From an uncultured Actinomycetes bacterium (GTDB lineage: Bacteria; Actinomycetota; Humimicrobiia; Humimicrobiales; Humimicrobiaceae): 64,000 nucleotides of DNA. The stretch is from NCBI GenBank assembly GCA_963847665.1, contig CAWKAO010000003.1:85453-149452 (forward strand). The letters run 5' to 3'. The position numbers and the translations under genes are program-made. Each line of letters opens with the position of its first letter. Position 1 is the first letter of the stretch. A model generated the notes under the pieces. The model ran no database searches and was not told the origin of the DNA. It worked only from the letters and a program-made list of their open reading frames with translations. Shown one piece after another: positions 1 through 10,436 of this stretch.

Positions 1-852
1 ATGATACCGCCTACTATCAATAAGAATATCATACTTACAATCAACGACCTTGCCTTTATAAGGTTCCCGCACTTTAACTTTGATTGGTTTGTAAAAAAAT
101 ACACAAAGCTGGTCTCAAAAAATGCAGGCCGGGCAAAAAAAATTATAGCGATATCAAAAAGCACAAAAAATGACATAATAAAATACTTTTGCACTGCAGA
201 AACAAAAATCGATGTGACACACCTGGCTGCAGAAGAATTCTTTAAAAAGCTTGATGACAGTGGTATCGATCCTGACTTGCTTAAAAAATTCAATATCAGA
301 AAGAATTTTATCCTATCGGTTGGGACAATAGAACCGAGGAAAAATTATGTAACACTCATAAGAGCTTTTAACAAATTAAAAGATAGCTATACTGATTTTG
401 ACCACAACCTTGTCATTGTAGGAAGGACGGGCTGGAAGAGTGAAGCAGCTTACCAGGAATATGAAACCAGCGCCTATAAAAAGGATATAATTTTTTTAGG
501 AAGGATATCTGATGAAGATCTACTGCAGCTTTATAATGCTGCAGACCTCTTTGTGTATCCATCTATATTTGAAGGATTCGGATTACCTGTAGTCGAAGCA
601 ATGCAGTGCGGACTTGCTGTGGTTGCTTCTGATACCTCCTCCATACCTGAGATCGTCAGTGATAAAAGATCGCTGTTTAACCCTGCAGATGAAATGGATA
701 TGGCAGATAAAATAATTGCAGTATTGAAAGATAAAAAATTAAAAGATGAGCTTTCTGAAAAATCTTTAAAAGAGGTGAAAGCATTTAATTGGAAAAAAAC
801 TGCCGAAAAAACGCTTGAGATCTATCGAAAAGCAATAAAAAAAGCAAATTGA
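1..852 (+). CDS. Glycosyltransferase, GT4 family (GT-B fold), C-terminal portion. The 5' end is truncated by the window start.
   Basis: Translation contains the GT4 C-terminal signature 'EGFGLPVVEAMQCGLAVVASDTSSIPEIV' (EX7E-type donor-binding region). The ORF is open to position 1 and ends with TGA at 850-852. Confidence 0.8.
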   Translation: MIPPTINKNIILTINDLAFIRFPHFNFDWFVKKYTKLVSKNAGRAKKIIAISKSTKNDIIKYFCTAETKIDVTHLAAEEFFKKLDDSGIDPDLLKKFNIRKNFILSVGTIEPRKNYVTLIRAFNKLKDSYTDFDHNLVIVGRTGWKSEAAYQEYETSAYKKDIIFLGRISDEDLLQLYNAADLFVYPSIFEGFGLPVVEAMQCGLAVVASDTSSIPEIVSDKRSLFNPADEMDMADKIIAVLKDKKLKDELSEKSLKEVKAFNWKKTAEKTLEIYRKAIKKAN

Positions 853-905
853 TCCCAAAACCTGAATATTTTTTTCTACTACAGTTTACTTTCAACTGCT
901 TTGAC

Positions 906-2222
906 TTAACCTATTTTCATAATACTGATCTCTGAATCAAGGTCAGCAATACCCTCAGCAATATTTCTATGCATAATATTTAAAGTCATCATGTTTATAA
1001 TCCAGTCGCAATAAGTCTTTGTGTCCTTGTTCCCAACTGAAGGTGAAACATAATAAGTTCCCCCCATGAGATTTATTTTCTGCTTGAAGACCACCCTGAT
1101 AATCTCCCCTGGCTTATAAATTCTTGTTTTTATCCTGTTTAGCCTGCTGTTTGTGCCATATACAATACTGTTTCTATGGTCCGTTATTCTTATACCGAAT
1201 ATCGGAGTCTCTACAATCGCATTAAACTTTACATCGAATGCTATCTTTACTTCATCTCCATATTTGCAGAAATCCAGTACATTACCATCCTTATCAAGCA
1301 GGTTTATCTGTGTTATTTCTGCATCCCCTGAACCAAACCTGTTTTCAAAGTCCCCGCCACCACTGATTTTGGATAGCTTATCTATTTCATCAGCATCGAT
1401 GACTTTTCTTTTACTGTCGATGACAGATTTAAATATCTTTCTTCTTTCCTCTCTCTGCTGTTCTATTATCCTGTTTCGCTCAAGTTCTTCAACAAAGGCC
1501 CTGTATTTGCTTACCACTTTTATAGAATCACCGATCTCGATTATTTTTCCATTCCTTAAAAAAATAACATGCTTGCAGAGGTCTGCTATTGTCTCAAGAT
1601 CATGGGATACGATTACAATAGTTTTGCCTCTCCTAACGAAATCATAGATGACCTTATAACACTTTGATTGAAAAGCCTGATCCCCAACAGTTAGCACTTC
1701 ATCAACAAGCAGGATATCCGGATCGACATTTATTGCTATAGAAAAACCAAGTCTCATATACATACCTGAAGAGTAACTTTTAACTGGCATATCTATGAAA
1801 CGGTCAAGCTCGGAAAACTCAACAATACCAGCAAATTTATTGTTGATCTGCTTTCTTTTCAATCCCAGTATTGATGCATTCAGGTAAATATTTTCTCTTC
1901 CAGTAAGGTCTGGATGGAACCCGGCACCAAGCTCAAGCAATGCAGAAACTGTGCCGTTTACTGTTATCACACCTTTAGTGGGTTTTAATACTCTTGCCAT
2001 TATTTTTAGAAGGGTACTTTTCCCGGAACCATTTGCTCCAATGATGCCAAAAGTCTCTCCATGGTCTATATTAAACGAAACATCATCCAGGGCAAGAAAG
2101 GTCTCATATTTATTTCTGCCTTTAAGTATTGTATCTTTTAAGGAGGGGCTTTTCTGGTGACGAATTATATAATTCTTCGTAATGTTTTTTACTTCTATCG
2201 CAAAATCGTTGTTTTTATTCAT
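906..2222 (-). CDS. wzt: Polysaccharide/O-antigen ABC exporter ATP-binding protein (Wzt/TagH-like) with a C-terminal extension
   Basis: Walker A 'GANGSGKST', ABC signature-like 'YSSGMYMRLGFSI' and Walker B 'ILLVDEVL'. An extra ~180-aa C-terminal domain follows the NBD, as in Wzt proteins whose C-terminus binds the glycan terminus. The gene lies directly downstream of an ABC-2 permease. Confidence 0.8.
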   Translation of the reverse strand: MNKNNDFAIEVKNITKNYIIRHQKSPSLKDTILKGRNKYETFLALDDVSFNIDHGETFGIIGANGSGKSTLLKIMARVLKPTKGVITVNGTVSALLELGAGFHPDLTGRENIYLNASILGLKRKQINNKFAGIVEFSELDRFIDMPVKSYSSGMYMRLGFSIAINVDPDILLVDEVLTVGDQAFQSKCYKVIYDFVRRGKTIVIVSHDLETIADLCKHVIFLRNGKIIEIGDSIKVVSKYRAFVEELERNRIIEQQREERRKIFKSVIDSKRKVIDADEIDKLSKISGGGDFENRFGSGDAEITQINLLDKDGNVLDFCKYGDEVKIAFDVKFNAIVETPIFGIRITDHRNSIVYGTNSRLNRIKTRIYKPGEIIRVVFKQKINLMGGTYYVSPSVGNKDTKTYCDWIINMMTLNIMHRNIAEGIADLDSEISIMKIG

Positions 2223-2280
2223 ATCAGAGTTTTTCTTTTTACCAGGATTACATTAGCTCCTTGCATGTATTTCTCTAAGT

Positions 2281-3075
2281 TCAAACTTCCTCTGCAAATC
2301 TCGGCTCGATCCTCTTAAACACATAATAACCAAGAAAGAAGAAACCGAAAGTTATTCCAAGCCCTATAAGTATTATTTCCCATGAAGGCCAGTAAATACC
2401 TTCTGGATATTTTACAAAATAAAAGATATCCCTGTAAAAGGTAACAAACACTGTCATTGGATTTAATTGCATCAAGAACTGGAATCTCTCCGGAACCATT
2501 GTCAGGGGATATATTATTGGTGTACCAAAAAACCACACTGTCATAAGTATTGAGACAAGGTGCTGTAGATCCCTGTAAAGCACATTAAGAGAAGACACAA
2601 GTAGCGTAAAACCCGAAACAAAAAAGATCTCTATGATTATTATGACCGGAAGGTAATAAAGATACATGTAAAATTTATACTTAAATATAGAAAGCACCAC
2701 AAACAATACGACAAGTTCTAAAAGAAAATTAATAAGATTGCTCAGGACAATTGAAAGCGGGATTATTTCTTTAGGAAAATATATCTTTTTAACAAGATTT
2801 GCATTGGATATAACACTGCTTGCTCCATAATTCACAGAATTAGAGAAAAAATTAAAGGGCAGCAGACCGCACAATAGAAAGATCGCAAATTCCTGGATGC
2901 CCTGCCTCAGCACAATCGAAAAGACAAATGAATAGACAAGCATAATAAGGATAGGGTTTAAAAGTGACCAGAAAAAACCAAGGGCAGAACCCCTGTACTT
3001 GACTTTAAGCTCCTTTTTGGTAAGGCTGAATAGGAGCTCCCTGTATGAAAATAAGTTCTTAAAGTAAGTTATCAT
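2281..3075 (-). CDS. wzm: ABC-2 type polysaccharide exporter permease (Wzm/TagG-like)
   Basis: 264 aa with six predicted TM segments. N-terminus 'YRELLFSLTKKELKVKYRGSALGFFWSLLNPIL' matches the conserved Wzm/TagG N-terminal motif. Adjacent to the Wzt-like ATPase. Confidence 0.8.
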   Translation of the reverse strand: MITYFKNLFSYRELLFSLTKKELKVKYRGSALGFFWSLLNPILIMLVYSFVFSIVLRQGIQEFAIFLLCGLLPFNFFSNSVNYGASSVISNANLVKKIYFPKEIIPLSIVLSNLINFLLELVVLFVVLSIFKYKFYMYLYYLPVIIIIEIFFVSGFTLLVSSLNVLYRDLQHLVSILMTVWFFGTPIIYPLTMVPERFQFLMQLNPMTVFVTFYRDIFYFVKYPEGIYWPSWEIILIGLGITFGFFFLGYYVFKRIEPRFAEEV

Positions 3076-3224
3076 TTAAATCCTGTATATTATAGCATTA
3101 TTTTTTTTATTAATAATAACAAAAGCATTATTCACCAGTAAGCAATTCTTCCCAAATCTTGAATAATTCGAAAGTCAGGGTTGCAGTTTGAAGAGTAAGC
3201 CATACCAGTCTTATTAACAATTAT

Positions 3225-5516
3225 TTAAATAAAATCCAGGGAAGTGACCATTATGCCAAGTTCCCTCGTATCGCTTCCAAAACCCCATTGTCTGGGGACC
3301 CATCCCCTGCTCGAAGATATTGTAAAAGTAAAGCTGTCCAGTTGATCTTTTGGAAGACCTATTGTTATATCGTGCCAATCGGTGTCATCAAGATTTATTT
3401 CTTTTATTAGAGTATTATTATAAATAAATCGCACCTGAACAGGTTTTTTCTCTACCTCGGGAGTCATTGATTTTATTTCAAAAGAAAGAGTGTTTCCTTC
3501 TCTTTTTAATACCTCACTGGCATCAATGTCAGTCCATCTTATTTTTCTGCCTTCTATCTGCTCATACTGGTAAAACCCATAATCGTTCTTCCATCCGATA
3601 TTATTCTGCTGGACATTTATTGAAAGTGACGTGAAGGAATTGAATAAGAATAATCCGAAGAAAGCAGCCAGTATTATCCCCAGTATTATTTTTTCAGAAA
3701 CAAGCATCTTAAGATCAGTTGAGACAGCTAATGCTCTTTTTATCTTGAAGGTCATAGCGATTCCTTCTTTTTCAACTCTGATAGGATCTGTTTTGAAAGG
3801 ATTTTCTAATTTCAAATTATCAGGAACCGTTATTTTAATATCCGGGCCTACTTTCATGTATGCAAAAATAAGTCCTATTACAAGCCAGAAAGAAAGCTGT
3901 ATTTCATGAAAGCTTGTATGTGCACCAAGAAGCTGAACTATTACCATACACATAAAAGAGACATATAATCCTGAAAGTAGCCAGTCGCTTCGCTCAAGAG
4001 TCTTTTGCCGCCTCTTATTCCTATAATAGAAAATAACCTTTTTTACTATCAAATAAAAAATGTATAGAATAAGTAAGAACCCGGGCAATCCAAGTTCCGC
4101 CATCACCTGTAGATAGTAGTTGCCTGCAAAATCAACATGGCGCACATCAGCATTGGTTTTTTCATAGTAATTTGGCAATTGCAATATAAACGAGCCAAGA
4201 CCCACTCCTGTTATGGGGTAATCCTTGAACATATTAAAAGCCTGCCCCCATAGAAAATGCCTGTAGGAAGACACCGACCTGAATGCTTCTACAAGGCTAT
4301 TTGAAGACTTATAATTATTAATATACATCCAGACTGTATCTACCATCCTATCTATAGTCGCTACACCTGTTCTTGGTTTGTCGATCTCATTTAACCTTTT
4401 CTCTCCACAGGCTGGCAGAAACAATACCGAAGAAAATATTAAAAACACCAGCAGTAAAATCAACATTGTAACAAATGGACCTTTTTTAGCTTTTGCTCTG
4501 CTTTTATTTATCTTTGCAGAAACAATTCTGCAAAGTGTGACAATAGCGATAATTATAAAAACAAGAAAAGTTATGAAGATCCCAATAAAAGCATTCCTTG
4601 AGCCAGACATAATTCCGGTAATAAAAAATAAGATAAACCCAATAAATACCAGTGTTTTCTGCCACCATCTCTTTAGAAAGATAAAGAGACCAAAATATAA
4701 TGGAAACATGATCACGATATAAATACCAAGAGAATTTGGGTCCGTAAAAGTAGCATTTATCCTGTTAGCATCCACCCAATACTGGAAAGTTCCCAGGTTA
4801 GGATTTACATAATACTGATATAGCCCAAAAACAGAGACAAGTACATTACTTATAATTATCACTACTGTAGCAATTATGATATCTTTCTTTTTCTTAATAA
4901 CATTGAATATAACAAAAAAGAAAGAAAATCCGGTCAGGGCATTAAAAAAGAAATTAATTGTCCAGAATATTGAGTTTGTGGACCTGTCACCCAGGATATT
5001 GACCAGCAGGTCATGGTATTTTGTTGAAAGAAAAGGAAAGAAGTTTGCATACCTGTAAATAGTGACAACTGCAGATATTGTAACGATAAGCATTAAAAAT
5101 AAAACAGGCAACGCAAGGTCCCTGTCAAACCAGATATTTAAGCCAGGGTTAAAATAAAGGATACCCTTTTTATTTAATGCCTTTTTGAAGTAGTTCTCAC
5201 CAGTCTCAGTAAAACGGTTGATCAGAAAACCCATAAAAACAGCAGAAAACAAAAATATTATTATATTCGTGTTCCTGACTGCAAGTACCGTAGTGACGGA
5301 ACTTAAAAGCGGGATCAAAAAGATCAGAAGGAAAAGACCGTATTTCAATCTGTAAACGCTCAATATAAACAATAAAAGGATGAGAGTATTTATAGCAATA
5401 AATAAAAATATATTCTGATACTGCTGTGCCCTGTGATAAACGAAAAACAAAAGAAAAAAGAGGGTAAAAATAAAAGCATTTAATATTTTTTTTCTAAAGA
5501 CTATGTTTACTATCAT
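3225..5516 (-). CDS. Large polytopic membrane protein with an O-antigen ligase/polymerase (Wzy_C-like) core and a ~170-aa C-terminal extracytoplasmic domain
   Basis: 763 aa, at least 12 hydrophobic segments. The central region is typical of the O-antigen ligase family, with a large loop containing conserved R/H residues. The C-terminus is a soluble beta-rich tail ('NIGWKNDYGFYQYEQIEGRKIRWTDIDASEV...'). Confidence 0.55.
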   Translation of the reverse strand: MIVNIVFRKKILNAFIFTLFFLLFFVYHRAQQYQNIFLFIAINTLILLLFILSVYRLKYGLFLLIFLIPLLSSVTTVLAVRNTNIIIFLFSAVFMGFLINRFTETGENYFKKALNKKGILYFNPGLNIWFDRDLALPVLFLMLIVTISAVVTIYRYANFFPFLSTKYHDLLVNILGDRSTNSIFWTINFFFNALTGFSFFFVIFNVIKKKKDIIIATVVIIISNVLVSVFGLYQYYVNPNLGTFQYWVDANRINATFTDPNSLGIYIVIMFPLYFGLFIFLKRWWQKTLVFIGFILFFITGIMSGSRNAFIGIFITFLVFIIIAIVTLCRIVSAKINKSRAKAKKGPFVTMLILLLVFLIFSSVLFLPACGEKRLNEIDKPRTGVATIDRMVDTVWMYINNYKSSNSLVEAFRSVSSYRHFLWGQAFNMFKDYPITGVGLGSFILQLPNYYEKTNADVRHVDFAGNYYLQVMAELGLPGFLLILYIFYLIVKKVIFYYRNKRRQKTLERSDWLLSGLYVSFMCMVIVQLLGAHTSFHEIQLSFWLVIGLIFAYMKVGPDIKITVPDNLKLENPFKTDPIRVEKEGIAMTFKIKRALAVSTDLKMLVSEKIILGIILAAFFGLFLFNSFTSLSINVQQNNIGWKNDYGFYQYEQIEGRKIRWTDIDASEVLKREGNTLSFEIKSMTPEVEKKPVQVRFIYNNTLIKEINLDDTDWHDITIGLPKDQLDSFTFTISSSRGWVPRQWGFGSDTRELGIMVTSLDFI

Positions 5517-5537
5517 AGATCAGTATTAATGTGCACC

Positions 5538-6977
5538 TTAATATGCGCCCCTGTTAAAAAACATCCTTAATATTGTCAGGATGATTATCCTGAATTCAAG
5601 TGCGATCGACCAGTTCTGGATATAATACAGATCCAGTTTCATGCGCTCCTCATAATTGACATCGCTTCTTCCGCTTACCTGCCATAATCCGGTAATGCCC
5701 TGATTTACCTCCATCCTTTTTTTCTCCCAATCCATTAGTCTGTCACCCTCAGGTATGGCAAGAGCCCTTGGGCCTATGACACTCAGCTCGCCTTTCAGGA
5801 CATTTATGATCTGGGGCAGCTCATCAATAGATGTCTTCCTTAAAAACTTACCGACTTTTGTAATCCTTGGATCATCTTTAAGCTTAAAATCCCCGCCCTG
5901 GCTACGGTCATAGAGTTTGTTAAGTATCTCTTTTTCCTTATCAGCTCCAGTCCGCATCGTCCTGAACTTATAGATCCTTATCTTCTTGAAGTCCTTACCA
6001 TACCTTTCCTGGGTAAAAAGGACAGGGCCCTTGGAGTTAAGCTTTATCATAGTCCCGATAACAGGATAAATAATCAAAAAGAGTAAAAACAGAACGAGCC
6101 CTATGGAATAGTCGATCAAATACTTAAAAAACTTATCTATCCCCCTTATAGTTATTTCCTGGATCTGGATAAGAGGTATTCCCATGTATTCAAATATTTT
6201 CATCCTTGATACAGAGAATTCGAAAAGTGATGGTGAAAGCTGTATTTCTATGTTCTGGTTCTTCACCTTATCGAGAAGAAGCAGTATATCAAAATACTTT
6301 ATATCACTTGATGATATTATCACCCGGTTTATATTATATTTTGATATGACTTCTTCAAAGTTTTCTATATTTCCGATTATCTTTATATCACTGTATCTCC
6401 CACTATTTTCCTTGTTCTTTATACTGCCGGATTTATCCACAAATCCTACGATATTTATATTCTCATATCCTTTTTTATCAAATGTATGCGCTATTCTGTA
6501 TCCTTCCTCATTGATGCCGACTATCAGAGTGTTTATCCTGAGTCCTGCTCTTCTATAAAACCAGAATATTATCCTTTTGATGACCACCCTGCTTAATATC
6601 AGTATAGCAAGCGTTATTAGTGCTGTATAAAAAAGCCATGCCCTTGAGAGCTGGAATGCATCTTTCTGCAGATAATAATTGAATATTATTACAATGAAAA
6701 TTCCAGAAAGCACACCTATGATTATTCCCTGGGCTTCACCCATGCCCCGGTAGAGGTTCTTGTAATTATAAAGCTTCCTTAAAAACAGGATAAGTATAAT
6801 AAGAAAAATGCATCCTATTGAATAATAAAGGTAATATTTTTCATAGGGCGCATATATTTCACCGGGTTCAATAAATCTTATCCTGTAGGAAATAAAAAAA
6901 GACACTCCAAGGAAAACAAGGTCGCTGAAAAAAACAAGTATGCCAAAAACAAATTCTCTCAGTTTCTGTTTGGACAT
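5538..6977 (-). CDS. Polyprenyl-phosphate hexose-1-phosphate transferase (WbaP/PglC 'bacterial sugar transferase' family), the initiating enzyme
   Basis: N-terminal TM bundle plus the C-terminal sugar-transferase catalytic domain with 'DELPQIINVLKGELSVIGPRA' and 'KPGITGLWQVSGRS' motifs. Overlaps the downstream GT4 by 1 nt. Confidence 0.85.
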   Translation of the reverse strand: MSKQKLREFVFGILVFFSDLVFLGVSFFISYRIRFIEPGEIYAPYEKYYLYYSIGCIFLIILILFLRKLYNYKNLYRGMGEAQGIIIGVLSGIFIVIIFNYYLQKDAFQLSRAWLFYTALITLAILILSRVVIKRIIFWFYRRAGLRINTLIVGINEEGYRIAHTFDKKGYENINIVGFVDKSGSIKNKENSGRYSDIKIIGNIENFEEVISKYNINRVIISSSDIKYFDILLLLDKVKNQNIEIQLSPSLFEFSVSRMKIFEYMGIPLIQIQEITIRGIDKFFKYLIDYSIGLVLFLLFLIIYPVIGTMIKLNSKGPVLFTQERYGKDFKKIRIYKFRTMRTGADKEKEILNKLYDRSQGGDFKLKDDPRITKVGKFLRKTSIDELPQIINVLKGELSVIGPRALAIPEGDRLMDWEKKRMEVNQGITGLWQVSGRSDVNYEERMKLDLYYIQNWSIALEFRIIILTILRMFFNRGAY

Positions 6978-8104
6978 CAGTTCCCTCCGTTGTATTCTCT
7001 ATATTTTTCCACGACAAAATCAGCAAACCTTTTTTCAAATACTTCCCTTGCAAACTTTTTCGCATTCTGTCTTATTATTTGAGGGTCAAGAGAGATGTCA
7101 CCGGATTCAAAGTGTTTTACCGCCTCTATAAGGCTTACCGCATCCTGCTTTTTAAAAAGCAGTCCTGTCTGGCCATCTATGACAGTCTCCAGCAGGCCTC
7201 CGCTTCCAAACCCGATGACGGGAGTGCCACTTGCCTGTGCTTCCACAGGTGTAATCCCGAAATCTTCTTCCCCGGGAAATATAAATGCTTTTGCATTGCT
7301 GTAATGTCCCACAATGCTTTCGAAGGGCTGCCATCCGAGAAATGTTATATTTTTGCCCGCCATCTTCTTTAGTCTCTTTAATTCCGGACCTTCTCCTATT
7401 ATGACAAGGGGTTTGCCCAGCATGTTGAAAGCTTCAACAGCAATATCTATTCTCTTATACGATACAAGCTGGCTCACCACAAGGTAGTAATCCTGTTTCT
7501 TTTCAATAAAGTGGAATCTATCTATATCCACTGGAGGATAGATAACCGCTGCATCCCTCCGGTAATATTTTTTTATCCTTTTCCTTACATTATGGGAATT
7601 GCAGACAAAATAATCCACCCTTGCTGCAGAGGCATAGTCCCACAACCTCAGGTAATTAAAATATATCTTTATAAAGGTTTTTTTAAAAACCCCCATTTTT
7701 TCATTATTGAGATAATCAAAGTACATGTTCCAGAGATACCGCATTGGTGAATGGACATAACATATATGGCAGGTCTCAGGTTTTGTTACTACTCCCTTGG
7801 CAATACCAGACTCAGAACTTATAACTATATCATAAGCAGACATGTCAAACTGTTCCACTGCAATGGGCATAAAAGGCAGATAGCTCTGGTATTTGCTTTT
7901 TGAAAAAGGCATCTTCTGTATAAATGAGGTCTGTATCCTGTGCCGGTTTATCTCTTCGCTTACCTTTTCCTTATTATAGACAAGAGTATAAATGTCTATA
8001 CCGGAAAAGACATTACAGATGGACTGGACGACCTTTTCTCCACCCCTCATCCCTGTAAGCCAGTAGTGTACAAGTGCTAATTTTTTATCTGCAAGTAAGC
8101 TCAT
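6977..8104 (-). CDS. Glycosyltransferase, GT4 family
   Basis: GT-B C-terminal motif 'EDFGITPVEAQASGTPVIGFGSGGLLETV'. Confidence 0.8.
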   Translation of the reverse strand: MSLLADKKLALVHYWLTGMRGGEKVVQSICNVFSGIDIYTLVYNKEKVSEEINRHRIQTSFIQKMPFSKSKYQSYLPFMPIAVEQFDMSAYDIVISSESGIAKGVVTKPETCHICYVHSPMRYLWNMYFDYLNNEKMGVFKKTFIKIYFNYLRLWDYASAARVDYFVCNSHNVRKRIKKYYRRDAAVIYPPVDIDRFHFIEKKQDYYLVVSQLVSYKRIDIAVEAFNMLGKPLVIIGEGPELKRLKKMAGKNITFLGWQPFESIVGHYSNAKAFIFPGEEDFGITPVEAQASGTPVIGFGSGGLLETVIDGQTGLLFKKQDAVSLIEAVKHFESGDISLDPQIIRQNAKKFAREVFEKRFADFVVEKYREYNGGN

Positions 8105-8213
8105 TTTTTAAGAGAGAAATTCTTTCTTTTCCCTATTTTTAAGAACAACTCATATTAGTTTAAAAAATAGTTTAATCAATAATCAACTATTTTACTAATT
8201 ATAATTCTTCTAT

Positions 8214-9527
8214 CTAAAGTTTTAATCTCCTATCATTTAAAAATCCCAGTCCTAATGCGATAGATACGGATAATAGCATCATCAAAGTCGGCGCAGTCAT
8301 ATAGTTTTCAGATATTGCAAGTATAAATAATGTTGCTATAGATCCTGAAATTGATAGGTACACCTTTTTTTCAAAAATATCGGAACTTACCCTGTAGGCT
8401 TTGATAAAAACATAGAAGACAAATATCCAGAAGACCATCATAAGGATCAACCCTATTATTCCTGTCTCCGCCATAAAACCAAGATATGAATTATGTGCAT
8501 TTGTGTCATTAAATATTGCCCTGCTGCCATTATAGAATTTTATCAGGCTAGAATATTTATAAAGCGGCAATTGATCAAAGTTCCATGGAATATCATTATA
8601 TCTTGCAAATCCAACACCAAATATAGGGCTAGCCTTTATTAATATTATTGCTTTTTCCCAGAGATTAAACCTGTTAAGCGCACTGGCATCCGTGAATGAA
8701 AACATCTGCGTTATTCTCTGATAAGTACCAGTTAAAAATACAGAAGCGGCAAAGCCGGCAATAAGTATGCCAATATTTCTCAACAGTCTTAATATCGATC
8801 TGCTACTGAGAAGAAAAATAAATACTATTCCTGTTAAAAATCCTGCAATGCTTCCCCTGCTTTTAGTTATCAGTAGGGTTATGGCGATTATTAAAAAAGA
8901 AGAACCATAAAAAATCTTTAAAGTCTTTTCTTTCGCTTCGAGAAAAAATGCAGCTGCAGCAACTCCGACAGTCGCATATACTGAACCGGTGGCATTATGA
9001 GCCTGGTTTTGTGCCACGAAGATCGGTCCGAGATAATTATCGTCAAGCCTCACATTTAGAAAGTGCTGGGCATTGATATATTCAAATATTCCAAGTATTC
9101 CAAAAAAAATAAAGACAATAAAAAGCGCAAAAAAATAGTATCTTAATGCCTTTTCATAATTTAAAAACCTGACTGCAAAAATAAAGAATGCGATGTAACA
9201 GAATAAAAAACCTCCATCATACCGCAGAAATCCAAAAGAAAATAAGTTTCTGAAGGTCTGGTTTGAAATGAAGTAACTCAGTAAGAAATAACTCCCGGCA
9301 ATAGTAATAAGTACCATTGCTTTAAAATTATAAATACTGATGGGAGTACCCCTGAAGAAATTTACCATGCCTACTACAGCAAGAAGTAAAATAGCTGCAA
9401 TGGGTCCATAAATGAATTTATTGGTAAGTAAAAAAACAGGCAATATGGCAACAAGGATATACAGGAGTTCTTTAACTTTAAAGTCTCTTACTGAGAATCT
9501 ATTTATATAAAAACTGTGTTCTTCCAT
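8214..9527 (-). CDS. O-antigen ligase/polymerase-like (Wzy family) membrane protein
   Basis: 437 aa, ~10-12 TM segments, with a large extracytoplasmic loop near the C-terminal third ('NDTNAHNSYLGFMAETGIIGL') typical of the Wzy_C family. Confidence 0.6.
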   Translation of the reverse strand: MEEHSFYINRFSVRDFKVKELLYILVAILPVFLLTNKFIYGPIAAILLLAVVGMVNFFRGTPISIYNFKAMVLITIAGSYFLLSYFISNQTFRNLFSFGFLRYDGGFLFCYIAFFIFAVRFLNYEKALRYYFFALFIVFIFFGILGIFEYINAQHFLNVRLDDNYLGPIFVAQNQAHNATGSVYATVGVAAAAFFLEAKEKTLKIFYGSSFLIIAITLLITKSRGSIAGFLTGIVFIFLLSSRSILRLLRNIGILIAGFAASVFLTGTYQRITQMFSFTDASALNRFNLWEKAIILIKASPIFGVGFARYNDIPWNFDQLPLYKYSSLIKFYNGSRAIFNDTNAHNSYLGFMAETGIIGLILMMVFWIFVFYVFIKAYRVSSDIFEKKVYLSISGSIATLFILAISENYMTAPTLMMLLSVSIALGLGFLNDRRLKL

Positions 9528-9557
9528 AGCAAATAAATCAATATTATTATTTATAAA

Positions 9558-10436
9558 TTATTTCCTCTTAATACGATACAGGACCTTGAACAAGGCAAAT
9601 TCAAGATTCCGTTCAAATCTAAACATATATTCCAGCATTTTATTTACTTTAAGGATTTTTTTTAGAAAATATAGCTCTCCATCATAAACAAACCGCTTTT
9701 TATTCAATACGCTGAAACTTTTTTTTACTGATGCTGAATGCTCATGAAGGACACTCAAGGTGGGGTCATAGATCACTTTTAGTCCATTATCCGCTACTTT
9801 TCTGTAAAGCAGCTCTTCCTCGTAATATATAAAAGTATTTTCATCAAGCTTGTCCACCTTGATAAAGTCAGCTGCATTACAAATAAAAAAAGCACCATTT
9901 ATAAGAAAAACCTCAAATGGGTGGTTTATTTTTTTTACATTCTTGCCAATGCCAAGTATCCTGTCCATTGTCCCGTTATTTCCAAGGTGCAGCAGGCACT
10001 TTAAATAATTAGACTTTTTAAGATGAGGCATCATGAGGGAACCATCAGTATTGATGACTTTTGGCCCCCAGAAGCTGCTGCCTGTTTCTTTAAATCTCCT
10101 CAAGGACTCCTCAAGAAAGCGGCTATTATCTATTACAATGTCTTCATTTGTAAATAAAACCCGCTCATCATCATTTATCAGCACATTGTCATAAAGATAT
10201 TCAAAACCTGCATTGTTTCCTCTTGAATATCCAATGTTCTTGTTTATGCTAAGAAGCCTAATCCTATCCTTATCATATTTGCCGATAACCTTTTTTATTG
10301 TGGTATCACTTTCACTGTTGTTGACGATGACCATTACCCAGTTGTCAAAAGTCTGGGCAAGAAGTGACTGGATCAACCTTTCAAGCAGATCCTCGGTATT
10401 GAAGTTTATTGTTACTATGCCTAGTTTTTCATTCAT
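9558..10436 (-). CDS. Glycosyltransferase, GT2 family (GT-A fold)
   Basis: N-terminal 'GIVTINFNTEDLLERLIQSL' and a DxD-containing region. 8-nt overlap with the upstream GT4 indicates translational coupling. Confidence 0.7.
   Translation of the reverse strand: MNEKLGIVTINFNTEDLLERLIQSLLAQTFDNWVMVIVNNSESDTTIKKVIGKYDKDRIRLLSINKNIGYSRGNNAGFEYLYDNVLINDDERVLFTNEDIVIDNSRFLEESLRRFKETGSSFWGPKVINTDGSLMMPHLKKSNYLKCLLHLGNNGTMDRILGIGKNVKKINHPFEVFLINGAFFICNAADFIKVDKLDENTFIYYEEELLYRKVADNGLKVIYDPTLSVLHEHSASVKKSFSVLNKKRFVYDGELYFLKKILKVNKMLEYMFRFERNLEFALFKVLYRIKRK

Noticed and set aside
1153-1647. Antisense or overlapping short ORFs. Besides this one they include 1951-2160, 3631-3909, 4378-4722, 6184-6558, 10735-10965, 30129-30332, 31993-32670, 54249-54557 and 59261-59620.
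   Set aside because: Each lies fully inside a longer, motif-supported gene on the opposite strand. Low-complexity translations of this kind are typical shadow ORFs in AT-rich DNA.
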